DNA of 64,000 nucleotides from NCBI GenBank assembly GCA_918797485.1, contig CAKKNE010000002.1:3100001-3164000 (forward strand), in the 5' to 3' direction. The position numbers were made by a program, and so were the translations under genes. Below, in pieces: positions 54,001-63,592 of this stretch. This DNA is from Pelagomonas calceolata (taxonomy: Eukaryota). The notes beneath the pieces are model-generated. The model was given only the letters and a program-made list of their open reading frames with translations. It was not told the DNA's origin and did not search any database. Position 1 is the stretch's first letter. Each line of letters starts with the position of its first letter.

Positions 54001-56382
54001 CGCCAACAGGCCCGCGCGAAGAAAGAGAAAAAAATCAAGGAACAAAAGAAAATCGAACGGCGCAAGGAATTGGAGGACATCATGGCGTCCGTGGCGCGCA
54101 AGGACCTGACGCCCTATGAGCGGGAGAAGCGCCATCGGCGGGACATGGCGTGGCGGATCCAGACGTTCGCTGCTCGACCCTATATCGAGCGGCAACTCCT
54201 GAAGAGGAACAATGCTGCTACTTCCATTGAAAGGGGTTTCCGAGCTCACCTAGCTAGAGATATGGTCAAGCGATATCGCAGACGGCAGAAGAAGATTATA
54301 GAGGCGTGGGAGCGGTTCGGGCACCCCAATACGGTTGTTAAGATCACGGAGAAACGGCGAATCGCCGCGGAGTTATTAGCCGAACAGGCCGCCCAGGAGA
54401 TTCTTAGAAGGAGTATGGCTCAGCTCAAACTCAAACGATTTGTACGGACCAGATTAGCTCGGAACCGAGCTGCTAAATATTGGCTCAAACATCGCGAAAA
54501 CCGCCACGCGACGACGATACAGAGAAGGTTCCGGATGCGAGTTACACAGAAAGCTGTTGTTGCGATGAATAAAGCATACAACAGAGCATGTTTCAGGATC
54601 GCAATGTTGTGGTCGAAGAGGAAAGCTAGAATAAGGTACAAAGCGATCCAGCGAGATATGGAAGCCAGGAAGGAAGAAGAAGCTTTAAAACATAAACAAG
54701 AGCTCATGAGGAGGAAGAACTTCCGGACGGTGAAGAAGTGCTTCGAGAGTGGCCGAGAACGCGCGGCCATAAAAGTGCAAAAAAAATGGAGGGAAAATAG
54801 AATTGAAAGCAATAAGCGGGCTCGCCGATGCGCCGAGGCCGGCGAGGCCCTCCACCTCAAGAGACTCGAGTTCGCCATGGCCGAGAAGGCCAAAGAAGCG
54901 AAAGCTCTTCACGCTCGTGCCTTGTATCATGGTAAATTATTTGCGATGAAGGCGGCGAAACGAGCGGCCGACGGGGCTCGGAAAGCGGCTCGGGACATCT
55001 TCAATGCCGCTGCTGGTATCTCAGAAGAGGACATTATTCGGAGGGGCTACGAGTTACCAGAGGTCAAGAAGGATAGTGCGGTGGAGCGCATTTTCGACGC
55101 GGTGTGGAAGGGAGAAACGCAACCTAGACAAAAACGTAAAGAAGCGGACGAGCAGATGGAGTCGTCTATCTTGAATTTACAAAGTAGATCATTGGCCCCT
55201 CGGGGTATCGTGGACTTCCAGATAACTGTTGGTCGCACGGAGTTAACCACAATGAATGAAAAGATGGACCAAGCTAAAAATATGAGACAACCCGTCTGGG
55301 AACGCATCAAGAAGGACCTGTCGACGAACAAGTCGAAGATCTATATCTGGGTGCTCATGGGGTCGGGCCAGCGCGTGCTCACGTCGTTTACCGTAAGAAG
55401 GGCGCCGCCGAACCACAAGAACAAGGCGGCGAATGAGTCTCGCGTGTTCGGAGCGTTCATCTCCGGTACGGTCATCAGAGGTCATGAATCCTTGGGCATG
55501 GAGGTGCACGCTGATGCCGGGATCTTCCGAGGCGAATCGGCGCCGCCAATCGACGCCCTCAATGTCTCGAGGAATGACAAGGAAGCGGCATCCTACAAGA
55601 AGCTCGGCTGGGAAGAAGTCACACCGGCCATCAACAGTTGTGGGGATCAAAAATTAGGCAAGTTTCATATTGTCGTCCACCGCAAGAAGTTCCACAAGCG
55701 CGTCGTGCTGAACGTGCTGACGCTTGGGTTGCTGAAGCGCGAGAAGTGGTGGACGAACGAGCAGAAATTGATAGATATGATCGAGGTCTATGCCTTGCCG
55801 GTCGACGCGATCCATAAGCTGCGAGAAACGTTCGACAATTTGAATTATGGCGCTAATGATAGGATCGAGACGAGGGACTGGCTTGAAAGTCTAGGAGAGC
55901 AGAAGGAGCCCATGCCCTTGTATATGAAGTGGTTATTAGAGTTAGTGGAGACCGAGTCTTTATCTGGTGCGCACATCACGTTCGGCGAGTACGTCGGCTC
56001 CGTCTGTTATCTATGCATGTTCGACATGATTGGGATGTTGCGGTGGTTGTTCAAGTCCGTGACGGGTCGCGAGTCCTGCTTCCTCGAGAAGACGGATTAT
56101 GATTTATTGACCAAGGGCCTCATGATGACGAACCCACTTCCCTACAGGTCGGAGGACATCGACCAACTCTACAAGGCTTATTCCTCAGATAGGGGAGAGG
56201 TCTACTTCGAGGATTGGGTGAAGATCGCTGAGAGATTGCCGATGCTGCTCTTCGCGTTATTGCGATTCCAGGCGTCGGTCATGAAGGACAACCTGGGAGA
56301 GCCGTTCTGGTTCAAGAAGAAGGGCGACTTCGACAAGTTAAGGACGAAGCTCGGCGTCGAGCGGGCGAACCTGCTCGAGTAA
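51031..56382 (+). CDS. Large Cys-containing LRR (FBXL/AMN1-type) protein with multiple IQ motifs and EF-hand-like C-terminus
   Basis: CPALKQLGLDGCTAVTDEG, CRKLEVLKFYGCYDVEDEG; IQARVR, IQRCIR, IERGFRAHLAR, IQRRFR, VQKKWR. Confidence 0.75.
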   Translation: MASAFGAKPLPKRLQTATRHDEWDDVEVPAFVTPSFYKPPPPPLPKEKPAKPLTKSQRAMAKARAANMGVAYGKPRKKVKKAPVVASPPRTVNTPVKSVTLEASSPAKSAVSFNSSALKSQAVTRGTLPVSVHEDIVFGCPEELRKGYYLKEDGWFPRGLLYRDWARLTPLDGGSIDLSDRCLNDGDLALFGQLQLTVDQRRKSLSDRSGGGYVQSLCLKKNTNISYKGIEAWPAFEQLTALDVSDCPLFCDRACEHLRRHTKSLTSLDVSGTQVGDDGVHSVLAGLKYLKKLYLRRLKHLKDAGITNIAEVLKRKKTLRVLDFRETPNFRNDALLQLLADGGGHLSELYLGKCKQVDALALLGLRREMGSLNLRKLDISYLSKLRGGTTLLAGFASSCAYLVELRLSHLHECVDDDALLGFVEACTGTIPPLEIVDLAANYNVSSRGLGPFLDKVKETIKVLDVSLCNKLDDKFGEALANCLQLDEVVMVDSPLLGDRGLTSWAKGPPPKIDKYGKVIPVLERTWRPGEPEPKRIRLKLKALTMQAAFSGTVDVSARCRVPRYAEPGLRNLFRKCGKFLERLDLDGAPRVNDDCIKTIAKLCPALKQLGLDGCTAVTDEGMVEIGRGCHKLERLRAAGCGGDYTGLSDKTAQALGLGCPCLKFLDVSRCAFTREGLRALAAGCRKLEVLKFYGCYDVEDEGIDAILTFCTCLKVLNVGSCDLVSDACLAHVQNARELRTLDARRVNKGKGFRAKSLKRCAVLLPYAKTTSDGLAPVEKGVERLVQYQERARIAYDKCRKIQARVRRNIAVAAALKAKKRREKERLFMAALMCIQRCIRQRRAELNYRAMLKEKYRKEAWDAAEAAKEFLLELEIARQLLERQRVAHLEDLVIKFKKRGRALAFVRFHHNRDEARWLEECWVILQSCIRCALGKMLWRRQRRAAIIIESCCRIPLARIKFAKRHREYRQEQVRKAAQAKMAEIKAVNAMRRQQARAKKEKKIKEQKKIERRKELEDIMASVARKDLTPYEREKRHRRDMAWRIQTFAARPYIERQLLKRNNAATSIERGFRAHLARDMVKRYRRRQKKIIEAWERFGHPNTVVKITEKRRIAAELLAEQAAQEILRRSMAQLKLKRFVRTRLARNRAAKYWLKHRENRHATTIQRRFRMRVTQKAVVAMNKAYNRACFRIAMLWSKRKARIRYKAIQRDMEARKEEEALKHKQELMRRKNFRTVKKCFESGRERAAIKVQKKWRENRIESNKRARRCAEAGEALHLKRLEFAMAEKAKEAKALHARALYHGKLFAMKAAKRAADGARKAARDIFNAAAGISEEDIIRRGYELPEVKKDSAVERIFDAVWKGETQPRQKRKEADEQMESSILNLQSRSLAPRGIVDFQITVGRTELTTMNEKMDQAKNMRQPVWERIKKDLSTNKSKIYIWVLMGSGQRVLTSFTVRRAPPNHKNKAANESRVFGAFISGTVIRGHESLGMEVHADAGIFRGESAPPIDALNVSRNDKEAASYKKLGWEEVTPAINSCGDQKLGKFHIVVHRKKFHKRVVLNVLTLGLLKREKWWTNEQKLIDMIEVYALPVDAIHKLRETFDNLNYGANDRIETRDWLESLGEQKEPMPLYMKWLLELVETESLSGAHITFGEYVGSVCYLCMFDMIGMLRWLFKSVTGRESCFLEKTDYDLLTKGLMMTNPLPYRSEDIDQLYKAYSSDRGEVYFEDWVKIAERLPMLLFALLRFQASVMKDNLGEPFWFKKKGDFDKLRTKLGVERANLLE

Positions 56383-56576
56383 GTACTGTTTTGTGTTTTA
56401 CTCGCCCGTCACTTCGCCCGTCCCGCCACTTCTCCCGCCCCCGGTCGGGCCGGTCCCGAGTGTCAGACCGGTGTGTTGAAGCACTGTTGCCAGTGCTTTC
56501 CTTAGAGGGACCGCACGCCTGTCCCGCCCCCATACGCCGTCGCCCCGAGTGTTCCTTCATACAATCACTTACAACA

Positions 56577-57278
56577 TCACAGCTCCCCCGCCGCGTACGG
56601 GTCGTCGTACATGTCCTCGGCGTCGTAAGGCGACTCGTAGGGGTCGTCGTAGTCGTCAAACTCGTCCAGCTCGCAGGCGGAGTCGTCAAAGTCGTCGAGC
56701 TCGCCCATAGCAGCAGCAGCACAGGACGCGCGCTCGAGCCGCTCCGCGAGGTCTCCGGCTCGATTGACCGCGGCGAGCGCGGCCGCCTCCGCCTTGACGA
56801 GGTCGGCGCGCAACTGTACAATGTCGTTGGGCACGCTATCCATTCCGAGCACGTCGCAGTCGACCGGCACGTCGAGCGTGGCCTCGTACGTGCAGGTCGC
56901 CGGCTCGCGCGCGTCGCGGAGCGCGTAGGCCTCCGCGCCGCATCGTATGCTCACCGTCGCGTTGCGCGGCGCGGCGCCGCACACGTCGCCGTCCGCATAC
57001 ACGAGGCTGCGGCCGCGCCACGCTGCGAAGACGCCGAGGACGAACTCCTGGCCCGCCAACGACGTCTGCGTCGCGTTTGCGAACGGACAAACTCTAAGTT
57101 CGTCGGCGCCGAGTTTTGTAGATACGCAGCGGCCTCGGAAGGGGAGCAGGGCCGCGGGGCCCGCGGGCGGTGCCGGCGGCCGTCTTTTTTCGGTGGTTGT
57201 GTGGTCTAGGCCCCGTGTGAGCCTGATTTCTTGCTGCTCGGAGGCTGCTGCAGCCGTAAGTAAGCTGATTAGCCACAT
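56577..57278 (-). CDS. MRH-domain ER protein (glucosidase II beta / OS-9-like)
   Basis: Signal peptide; VCPFANATQ..LG, YADGDVCG.APRNATVSIRCG, EPATCTY; acidic tail ending AGEL. Confidence 0.75.
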   Translation of the reverse strand: MWLISLLTAAAASEQQEIRLTRGLDHTTTEKRRPPAPPAGPAALLPFRGRCVSTKLGADELRVCPFANATQTSLAGQEFVLGVFAAWRGRSLVYADGDVCGAAPRNATVSIRCGAEAYALRDAREPATCTYEATLDVPVDCDVLGMDSVPNDIVQLRADLVKAEAAALAAVNRAGDLAERLERASCAAAAMGELDDFDDSACELDEFDDYDDPYESPYDAEDMYDDPYAAGEL

Positions 57279-57614
57279 GGCTATTCGAGTGCTGCTCGCA
57301 GCGTCGACTGAGCAGCTGTTTTTTTGTGTTCGGCTTGTGGCCTCGATAAATGAGTTCCAAAATCAATCTATGGACAGCGCTGGCCGCTGCGCGCTTTTGT
57401 GCCTAAAGTTTGCTAAAATCGAGGTGCTAAATAATCTCAATCGGGTTGTATGTACCCGCACGTTAAGCGAAAGCCTGGGAGAACGCCTTTCCAGCGCCTT
57501 TCCAGGCTTCTAGTGCTCCTCTGACACCACAGGCCTCTCTTAGTACGTCTTTTCGTCATCCCTCATTTTGCCATCGCTATCGCCTCGAGACGGACTTGGG
57601 CCGTATTGGACGAG

Positions 57615-57903
57615 GTAAGAGCCTAGAGACGAATCCAACCTTCAAGAGCGACTCAGAGGCACGTGTGTCAGCGCTGACGAGCAGCGCCTGCTTCAACGGG
57701 CGTCAGTGAGCGAGCTCCACTGCTTGCAAGGCAAGCTGCACCAGGAGCCGCCGCCGCGGCCCGCGCTGGCAGGAGTGCGGCTGCGAGGCTCGACACGACA
57801 CACCAGACGCTGTCGCTGCGCAGAAGCGGTGATAGGAGACGCCAGAGACACGCAGAGACGCGCCGGTCGCCCTCGGAGGCGAAACGCCCCGGCCCCCCCG
57901 CAG
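57615..57903 (+). other. Probable 5'-UTR intron of RPL7
   Basis: GAG|GTAAGA donor and CCCCCCCGCAG| acceptor 10 nt before the ATG; pyrimidine-rich tract near 57535-57570. Confidence 0.5.
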
Positions 57904-57913
57904 GCAGAACAAG

Positions 57914-58630
57914 ATGCCGTTCGTCCCCGAGAGCGTGCTCAAGAAGCGCCGCGCGCAAGCGGCCATCGCGGCCGACAAGGACGCCGCGTCGAAGAAGGCC
58001 GCCGCCGCCGCCAAGGCGAAGAAGGACGTCATCTTCAAGCGCGCGGAGAAGTACGCCGCCGAGTACAAGCAGCAGGAGAACGACGCCATCCGACTGCGGC
58101 GAGAAGCGAAGAAGGCCAATAGCATCTACGTGCCTCCGGAGGCGAAGCTGGCCTTTGTTATTAGAATTAGAGGTATCATCGGCATGTCGCCGAAGGTGAA
58201 GAAGATCCTCCAGTTACTGAGACTGAGGCAGCTCCACTCCGGCGTCTTCGTCAAGCTGAACGGCTCGACGATCAAGATGTTGAGACTCGTCGAGCCCTAC
58301 ATCGCGTATGGTACGCCCAACTTAAAAACGGTCAGAGAACTCGTCTACAAGCGCGGCTACGGCAAGGTCAACAAGCAGCGCGTGCCCATCGACAACAACG
58401 CCGTGGTGGAGCAAGTATTAGGCAAGTACGACATCGTCTGCGTCGAGGACGTGATCCACGAGCTGTACACGACGGGGCCCCACTTCAAGGAGGTCGCGAA
58501 CTTCCTCTGGCCCTGCAAGCTGTCCAGCCCGACGGGCGGCTTCAAGATGAAGCTCCTCCACTACAACGAGGGCGGCGACGCGGGCGACCGCGGGGAGAAG
58601 ATCCACGAGCTCGTGAAGAAGATGATCTAG
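57914..58630 (+). CDS. RPL7: 60S ribosomal protein L7 (uL30)
   Basis: [56 protein letters not shown]. Confidence 0.97.
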   Translation: MPFVPESVLKKRRAQAAIAADKDAASKKAAAAAKAKKDVIFKRAEKYAAEYKQQENDAIRLRREAKKANSIYVPPEAKLAFVIRIRGIIGMSPKVKKILQLLRLRQLHSGVFVKLNGSTIKMLRLVEPYIAYGTPNLKTVRELVYKRGYGKVNKQRVPIDNNAVVEQVLGKYDIVCVEDVIHELYTTGPHFKEVANFLWPCKLSSPTGGFKMKLLHYNEGGDAGDRGEKIHELVKKMI

Positions 58631-58830
58631 GGTGGGGTATGGCGGTCTACTTATCTCGTGTCAACTTGGAGTTGGGGGGTCGTCAAAAAACCCGACTGGC
58701 AGACGTGTCTCATCAACTTTGGTCCCATAAGTTGGCTATAACTCGCCATTCGTGCACCGCTGTTGCACATCCGTGGCGCATTGATCAACTCTTTCAACAG
58801 CACAGCTCTTGCAACAGCAACCACGCAACA

Positions 58831-59812
58831 ATGATGCGAGCAGCATTAGCATTGCTGGCGCTCGTGCCGGCCACTGCATTAAGAGTGACGGTGCTGGGTG
58901 GCAACGGCTACGTCGGCCAGCGCGTCTGCGAGAAGCTGGTCGCGCGCGGCTGCGACGTGACCTCGATCTCGAAGAGCGGCAAGGCGCCGAGCGGCGGGGC
59001 GTGGACGCAATCGGTCAAGTGGGTCGCGAACGACCTGACGCGCGGCAGCCGCCAGGAGCTCGAGGCCGCGGTGGGCCAGCCGGACGTCGCCGTCTCCTGT
59101 GTCGGCACGGTAGGTTTCGACGGCCGGGGCCTGGAGCTGGGGAACGGGGTCGCTAACGTGCGCGCGGCGGAGGCGCTCAAGGGCGTCCAGCGCTTCGCAG
59201 TGCACGAATCAAATTTCGCGGCGCTTGTCATGGCCGAATCACGACCTGCACGCCATCGACGCGATGCCTGCTCGACGGCGTGGCGGTGCCGGTTCCTCGC
59301 CGCTCGACGGAACCATCACGGCCGCATGACTCACTGGTTGATTTGCGCACAGGCGCTTCGTATTGGTATCAGTAGCGTCCGAAGTGGCCGCCGCGAAGGG
59401 CTGGCTGCCCGGCTACTTTGAATTTTATTTCAAGGGCAAGGCCATGGCCGAGGCCGCGGCGGCCGAAGCGGCGGGCGACGCGAACGCGTACGTCGTCAAG
59501 CCCTCGTTCATCTACGGTGGCGACAGCTTCGAGCTCTTCCCGCCGCGCGTGGCGAGCGGCTACGGCGCCGCGATCGAGGAGATCCTCTCGAACGCGATCA
59601 TCACGAAAATCGCCGACGTGCTGCCGGGGCTACTGAAGGTGGCCCTGCGGCCGCCGAGCTCCGTCGACGCGGTCGCGGAGGCGTGCGTCCGGTGCGCGGT
59701 CGGCGACTGTTCGACGACTGTGCTCGACGGTACCGTCGCCATCAACGAAGCCGCGGGTGCGGACAAAGCAACGGGCTTCAGCGACTTCGTGGGTAGGCTG
59801 TCTACGAATTAA
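58831..59812 (+). CDS. NAD(P)-binding Rossmann-fold (atypical SDR/epimerase) protein with N-terminal signal; exons 58831-59189 and 59353-59812 (272 aa)
   Basis: VTVLGGNGYVGQRVC, SCVG, VQ|RFVLVS, YFKGKAMAE, KPSFIYG. Confidence 0.8.
59190..59352 (+). mobile_element. Introner element IE-5 (GC-AG intron)
   Basis: CA|GCGCTTCG-CAGTGCACGAATCAA...TTGATTTGCGCACAG|GCGCTTCG; perfect 8-bp TSD; core shared with IE-2 and IE-4. Confidence 0.88.
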
Positions 59813-59883
59813 GTAATGGTAATATATATATATGTCACCGTTTGGTGCCGCGCGCGTCGCCGCCGGTGTAATCGCCGCCGGAG

Positions 59884-60464
59884 TCATCGTAGCGGGGACT
59901 GGTCGCCGACGCGAAGCTTCAGGGACACGATCGTCGACACGGGCAGACTCGCGAGGGCCAGGTGGAAGACGCCCGCGCCGCGCTGCGGTATGTGGACGTC
60001 GAAGCTCGTCAACACGACCGCGCCGTCCGACACTCTACGGTCCATCGCTATCGAAATCGCGCCGTCCGCCGGCCGCAGGAACGGCACCTCGTTGCCCAGC
60101 CGCCCGACGTCGACGATCGACAGATCCCGGAACGCGAGCCTCCGCCGCACCGGCACAATGCCCTCCGCGACGGTTCGCGACACGATGCCCGTCCGGTCGA
60201 CGACGTTCGAGAGCCGCACGTCCTTGGCCGAAATCACGCGACAACCGCCGGTCCCCTTGGGCGCTCGATCGTGGGGTCGCCCAGCGACGTCGATCGTGTA
60301 GCTACCTGGTGGGCGAACATCGCCGCGCCCTCGTCGTAAGCGTCGTCGACGTCGTCGCCGCCGTCGCGCGTCGCCTCGCGGTGCATGCGCTTCCACTCGC
60401 GGAAGAATGCGGGCGGCCCGCGCGCGGACCCGCCGCCTGGATTATCGTCGCCGGCTGGTGGCAT
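59884..60464 (-). CDS. Hypothetical gene or pseudogene split across two frames
   Basis: The GC3-rich frame from ATG 60464 to ~60306 switches to the frame of ORF 59884..60396. A 50-nt GTAGCT...CCAAG intron (60256-60305) would join them. Confidence 0.35.
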
Positions 60465-61927
60465 GAGCTCTCGTGTGGCGTAAGAGTATTAGTTCTCGTG
60501 TGGCGTGGCGTACGGATGCCGATAAATTAGTCTTCAATTGGCAATTGCTGCATTGAAGCCCTTTTTTTAGGCGTGCCTAATTATTTATAATACATATACG
60601 GATTCCTAGTGTGTCCATACGCTAGATCACCTCTTGCGGCTCGCCAAAATACACCAGCGATTGACGGTGCCTTCTACCGTCCAAATGGTACATCATATCA
60701 ACTCCAGCTCAGTTTTCATACATATTCGACGGAACCGGAGCCGACGCCCCGCGCTCGGAGGGCGGGAAAAGAATTCTACTAGACAACTCCCGAGTTTATG
60801 TTCGTTTCCTTCCGTTTGGTAGTGGTAGAGTCCATCTAGGCCGTCTCAGCGCCCACTGAGCTATTTGAGGTGATCCGTATGAGCCGCGCGATTCGTCGAC
60901 TTTGGTACCACGCATTTATATATAAACGGGCAAATTTTCCAAACCTGCGAGTATCCGCGACGCCACCATCCAAATGGACCACAAGGCCGTTGTTCTATTC
61001 ACAATCGACCGACTTGCCCGTTCTCCGCGGGCGACGGTACGTTGACGGAGCACCAAAAAGGCCCCAGACCGGTGTTTTATATAATAAATTTGCGTTTCAG
61101 GCGATTTAGTTCTAGGACGGGCCATTTAACCGGCCTGACTGCTCACTACATTGCTCTGAGACCCAAAGATGCTCGGCGCGGGTCGGCCAACTCGCGAGCC
61201 CACGATCTCCTTAATTTTGGCGAATTGCTTGGGCCTGCGACCATCAGCGCGTGTACCATCACCATGGACCACGACGCGATCATTTGTTCCATGATCGACC
61301 GACTTACGCGAGGTCCAGATAAAGATGTTCACGTCCCGAGCGTGGGCAGCCCAAAGTACCCTTCTCGTTGTGTAGATGTCATATACTTGTAGTTGACTAT
61401 CGGTTGGGTAGTATAGGGTCCGACGAGACCGCTATTACGATTCCTGGGGGCCCTCGGGTAATTGCCGTTTTATACGGTACGGGCCACCATCGGGTCCAAA
61501 TTATTTACTTTTTTCGGATGCAGATCGGCTCTCGGACTCCCTCTCGGATAGGTCTGGGGTCGGGTAGTCGCCTAGACCGCATACGCCGGTGCTAGGGCTC
61601 TCCAGAGAGCTCTGGATCCAAAACTTTGGGGGCTTGGGCTCCGGCCCGATGTCTGGCTGAGGACCTGTACTGATATGTATCTACCGATGGAAGCGCCCAC
61701 GCATGCGGCGTAGGCGATTGCACGTGTATAGTACCGACCCTAGGTGACCTCCGAGAGACCTCAGGACCACGAATCGACAGGATTCCACCGACGCGGCCGT
61801 CATGGCGGGATCGTCAATATCGCGAATTAAAAAAAAAATTGTCGGCCCCCAGGAAGTGTCCCATTGATCTCTTTGGACCAGTAGCTAACGGAACGATCGT
61901 CAAACGGCTGCATGGGTCGAGTTTTCG

Positions 61928-61951
61928 TGCTAGTGTCTTACACGCCGCTAG
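61928..61951 (+). promoter_or_regulatory. Recurrent CTAG-dyad motif TGCTAGTGTCTTACACGCCGCTAG upstream of HDAC
   Basis: Matches 27432-27455 (23/24) and the reverse complement of 1244-1267 (21/24). Confidence 0.55.
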
Positions 61952-62107
61952 GAACGATCACGCTGAACTGGGCAGCTCTCTGTGCGCACGCGCCTGTGGA
62001 CTGACAGCGACAACGTTAGGCAGAGCTGGGTAAAAACAGTGCAATCCTACTCCGCGCGCTGCGGCAAACAGCTCTACAGCACAAGAGCCGGCGTCGGCGG
62101 AGCAGCC

Positions 62108-63592
62108 ATGAAGCAATTCCAGCCGCTGGCTCCTTCCAGCACGAGACGCCCGCCGCTGCGGCCGCGGCAGTCGTCGGACGCCGGCACGAAGAAGTTCCGG
62201 CCGCTCGTCGCGCGGAGCTCGACGCCGCCGCGGCCGCCGGGCGCGCGCGTCGGCGCCGTCGCGGCGGTGACGTCCCGCTTCCTGACGGGCGGCGCGGTCG
62301 CGCGCGCGAAGTACCGCGCGCCGGTGCTGGCGCGAGCACCGGCGCCGGCGCCCGCGGCGCCACCGTCGCCCGAGACGCAAGAGCCGGACGCGCCACCACC
62401 CGCAACGACGCCCGCTACCGCCGCGGCGACCACGACGGCGCCGCCTGTAACCACGCCCGTCGTCGTCATGCACAACGCGTGCGTCGAGCGGCACCTCGTG
62501 CCCGCCGGCCACCAGGAGCGGCCCGAGCGCACGGCGTCGGCGCGGCGCGTCGCGCAGAATGTGGTGAGACGGCGCCCGGCCGCCGTCGGGGGCGCCTGGG
62601 CCGCCGGCGCGAGCGTGAGTGGCGGCGACGTCACCGAGGCGATCCTGCGCGCGCACTCGGCGCGCTACTACGCGTCGCTCGAGGCGGCGACGGCGCGCGC
62701 GACCTCGCCGGACGCGCGCGTCGAGCTCACGCCGGCGGGCGACACCATGGGCTGCGGCGACTCGCTGCTGGCCGCGCGCGCGGCCGTCGCTATTAGCATA
62801 GAGGCCGTACGCGCCGCGCGGCGGGTCCCGTGCGCCGCGTGTTTGGTAAGACCGCCGGGCCACCACGTCGCGCGCGACGGGAAGACGGCCGTCGCGCCGA
62901 GCCAGGGCTTCTGCCTGCTGAACTCCGTCGCCGTCGCGGCGCTCGAAGCATCAGCCAACGGCTTCGCCAAGGTGGCGGTCGTGGACTTCGACGTGCACCA
63001 CGGCAACGGCACCGAGGACATCTTAAGTGGAGACGACCGCTTCTTCTTCGCGTCGGTCCACGCGTTTGGTGGGGGGACCTACCCCGGCACCGGCGGCGCG
63101 CGGACCAAGAGCGCGGCGAACGTGCTCAACGTGCCGCTCCCGCCTCCAATAAAGAAGAGCGGCTTCCGGCGCGCCGTCGAGAAGATTGCCAGGAGGGTCA
63201 AGGCCTTCGGCCCGGATTTGTTGTTGCTGTCGGCGGGCTTCGACGGGCATAGGGACGATCTGGCGGACCTCGGGCGGTTGGACGAGGAGGATTATGGGAG
63301 GTGCACGAAGATATTGCTCGCGAGCTGCGGCTGCCCGTGCGTGTCGATCCTCGAAGGGGGCTACGGCCGCGACTGCGAGGGCGACGACGGCGTCGCGCGC
63401 GAGCCGGGCGCGGGGCTCGCGGCGGCGATCGACGACCAGCGCCTCCGGTCCTTCGACGCGTGCCTCGAGGCGCACCTCGACGCGTGCGCCGACCACTTCC
63501 ACGGCGCTGGGGCGACGCCGCCGACGCCCCCGGAGCCGGCGTCGCCGCTGGCCGTGGTGCGGCGGCTGTCGGAGGAACTGGAAGAAGAGTAA
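62108..63592 (+). CDS. Histone deacetylase family protein (class II-like)
   Basis: GHQERPER, VRPPGHH, GFCLLN, VDFDVHHGNGT, YPGTG, SAGFDGH, LEGGY. Confidence 0.9.
   Translation: MKQFQPLAPSSTRRPPLRPRQSSDAGTKKFRPLVARSSTPPRPPGARVGAVAAVTSRFLTGGAVARAKYRAPVLARAPAPAPAAPPSPETQEPDAPPPATTPATAAATTTAPPVTTPVVVMHNACVERHLVPAGHQERPERTASARRVAQNVVRRRPAAVGGAWAAGASVSGGDVTEAILRAHSARYYASLEAATARATSPDARVELTPAGDTMGCGDSLLAARAAVAISIEAVRAARRVPCAACLVRPPGHHVARDGKTAVAPSQGFCLLNSVAVAALEASANGFAKVAVVDFDVHHGNGTEDILSGDDRFFFASVHAFGGGTYPGTGGARTKSAANVLNVPLPPPIKKSGFRRAVEKIARRVKAFGPDLLLLSAGFDGHRDDLADLGRLDEEDYGRCTKILLASCGCPCVSILEGGYGRDCEGDDGVAREPGAGLAAAIDDQRLRSFDACLEAHLDACADHFHGAGATPPTPPEPASPLAVVRRLSEELEEE

Noticed and set aside
56400..56460. 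Imperfect CGCCCGTC repeats; also (GGCTA)n at ~23905 and (AT)n at ~59822
   Set aside because: Short low-complexity sequence with no further structure
57615..57903. snoRNA in the RPL7 5'-UTR intron
   Set aside because: No convincing C (RUGAUGA)/D box pair or H/ACA layout seen
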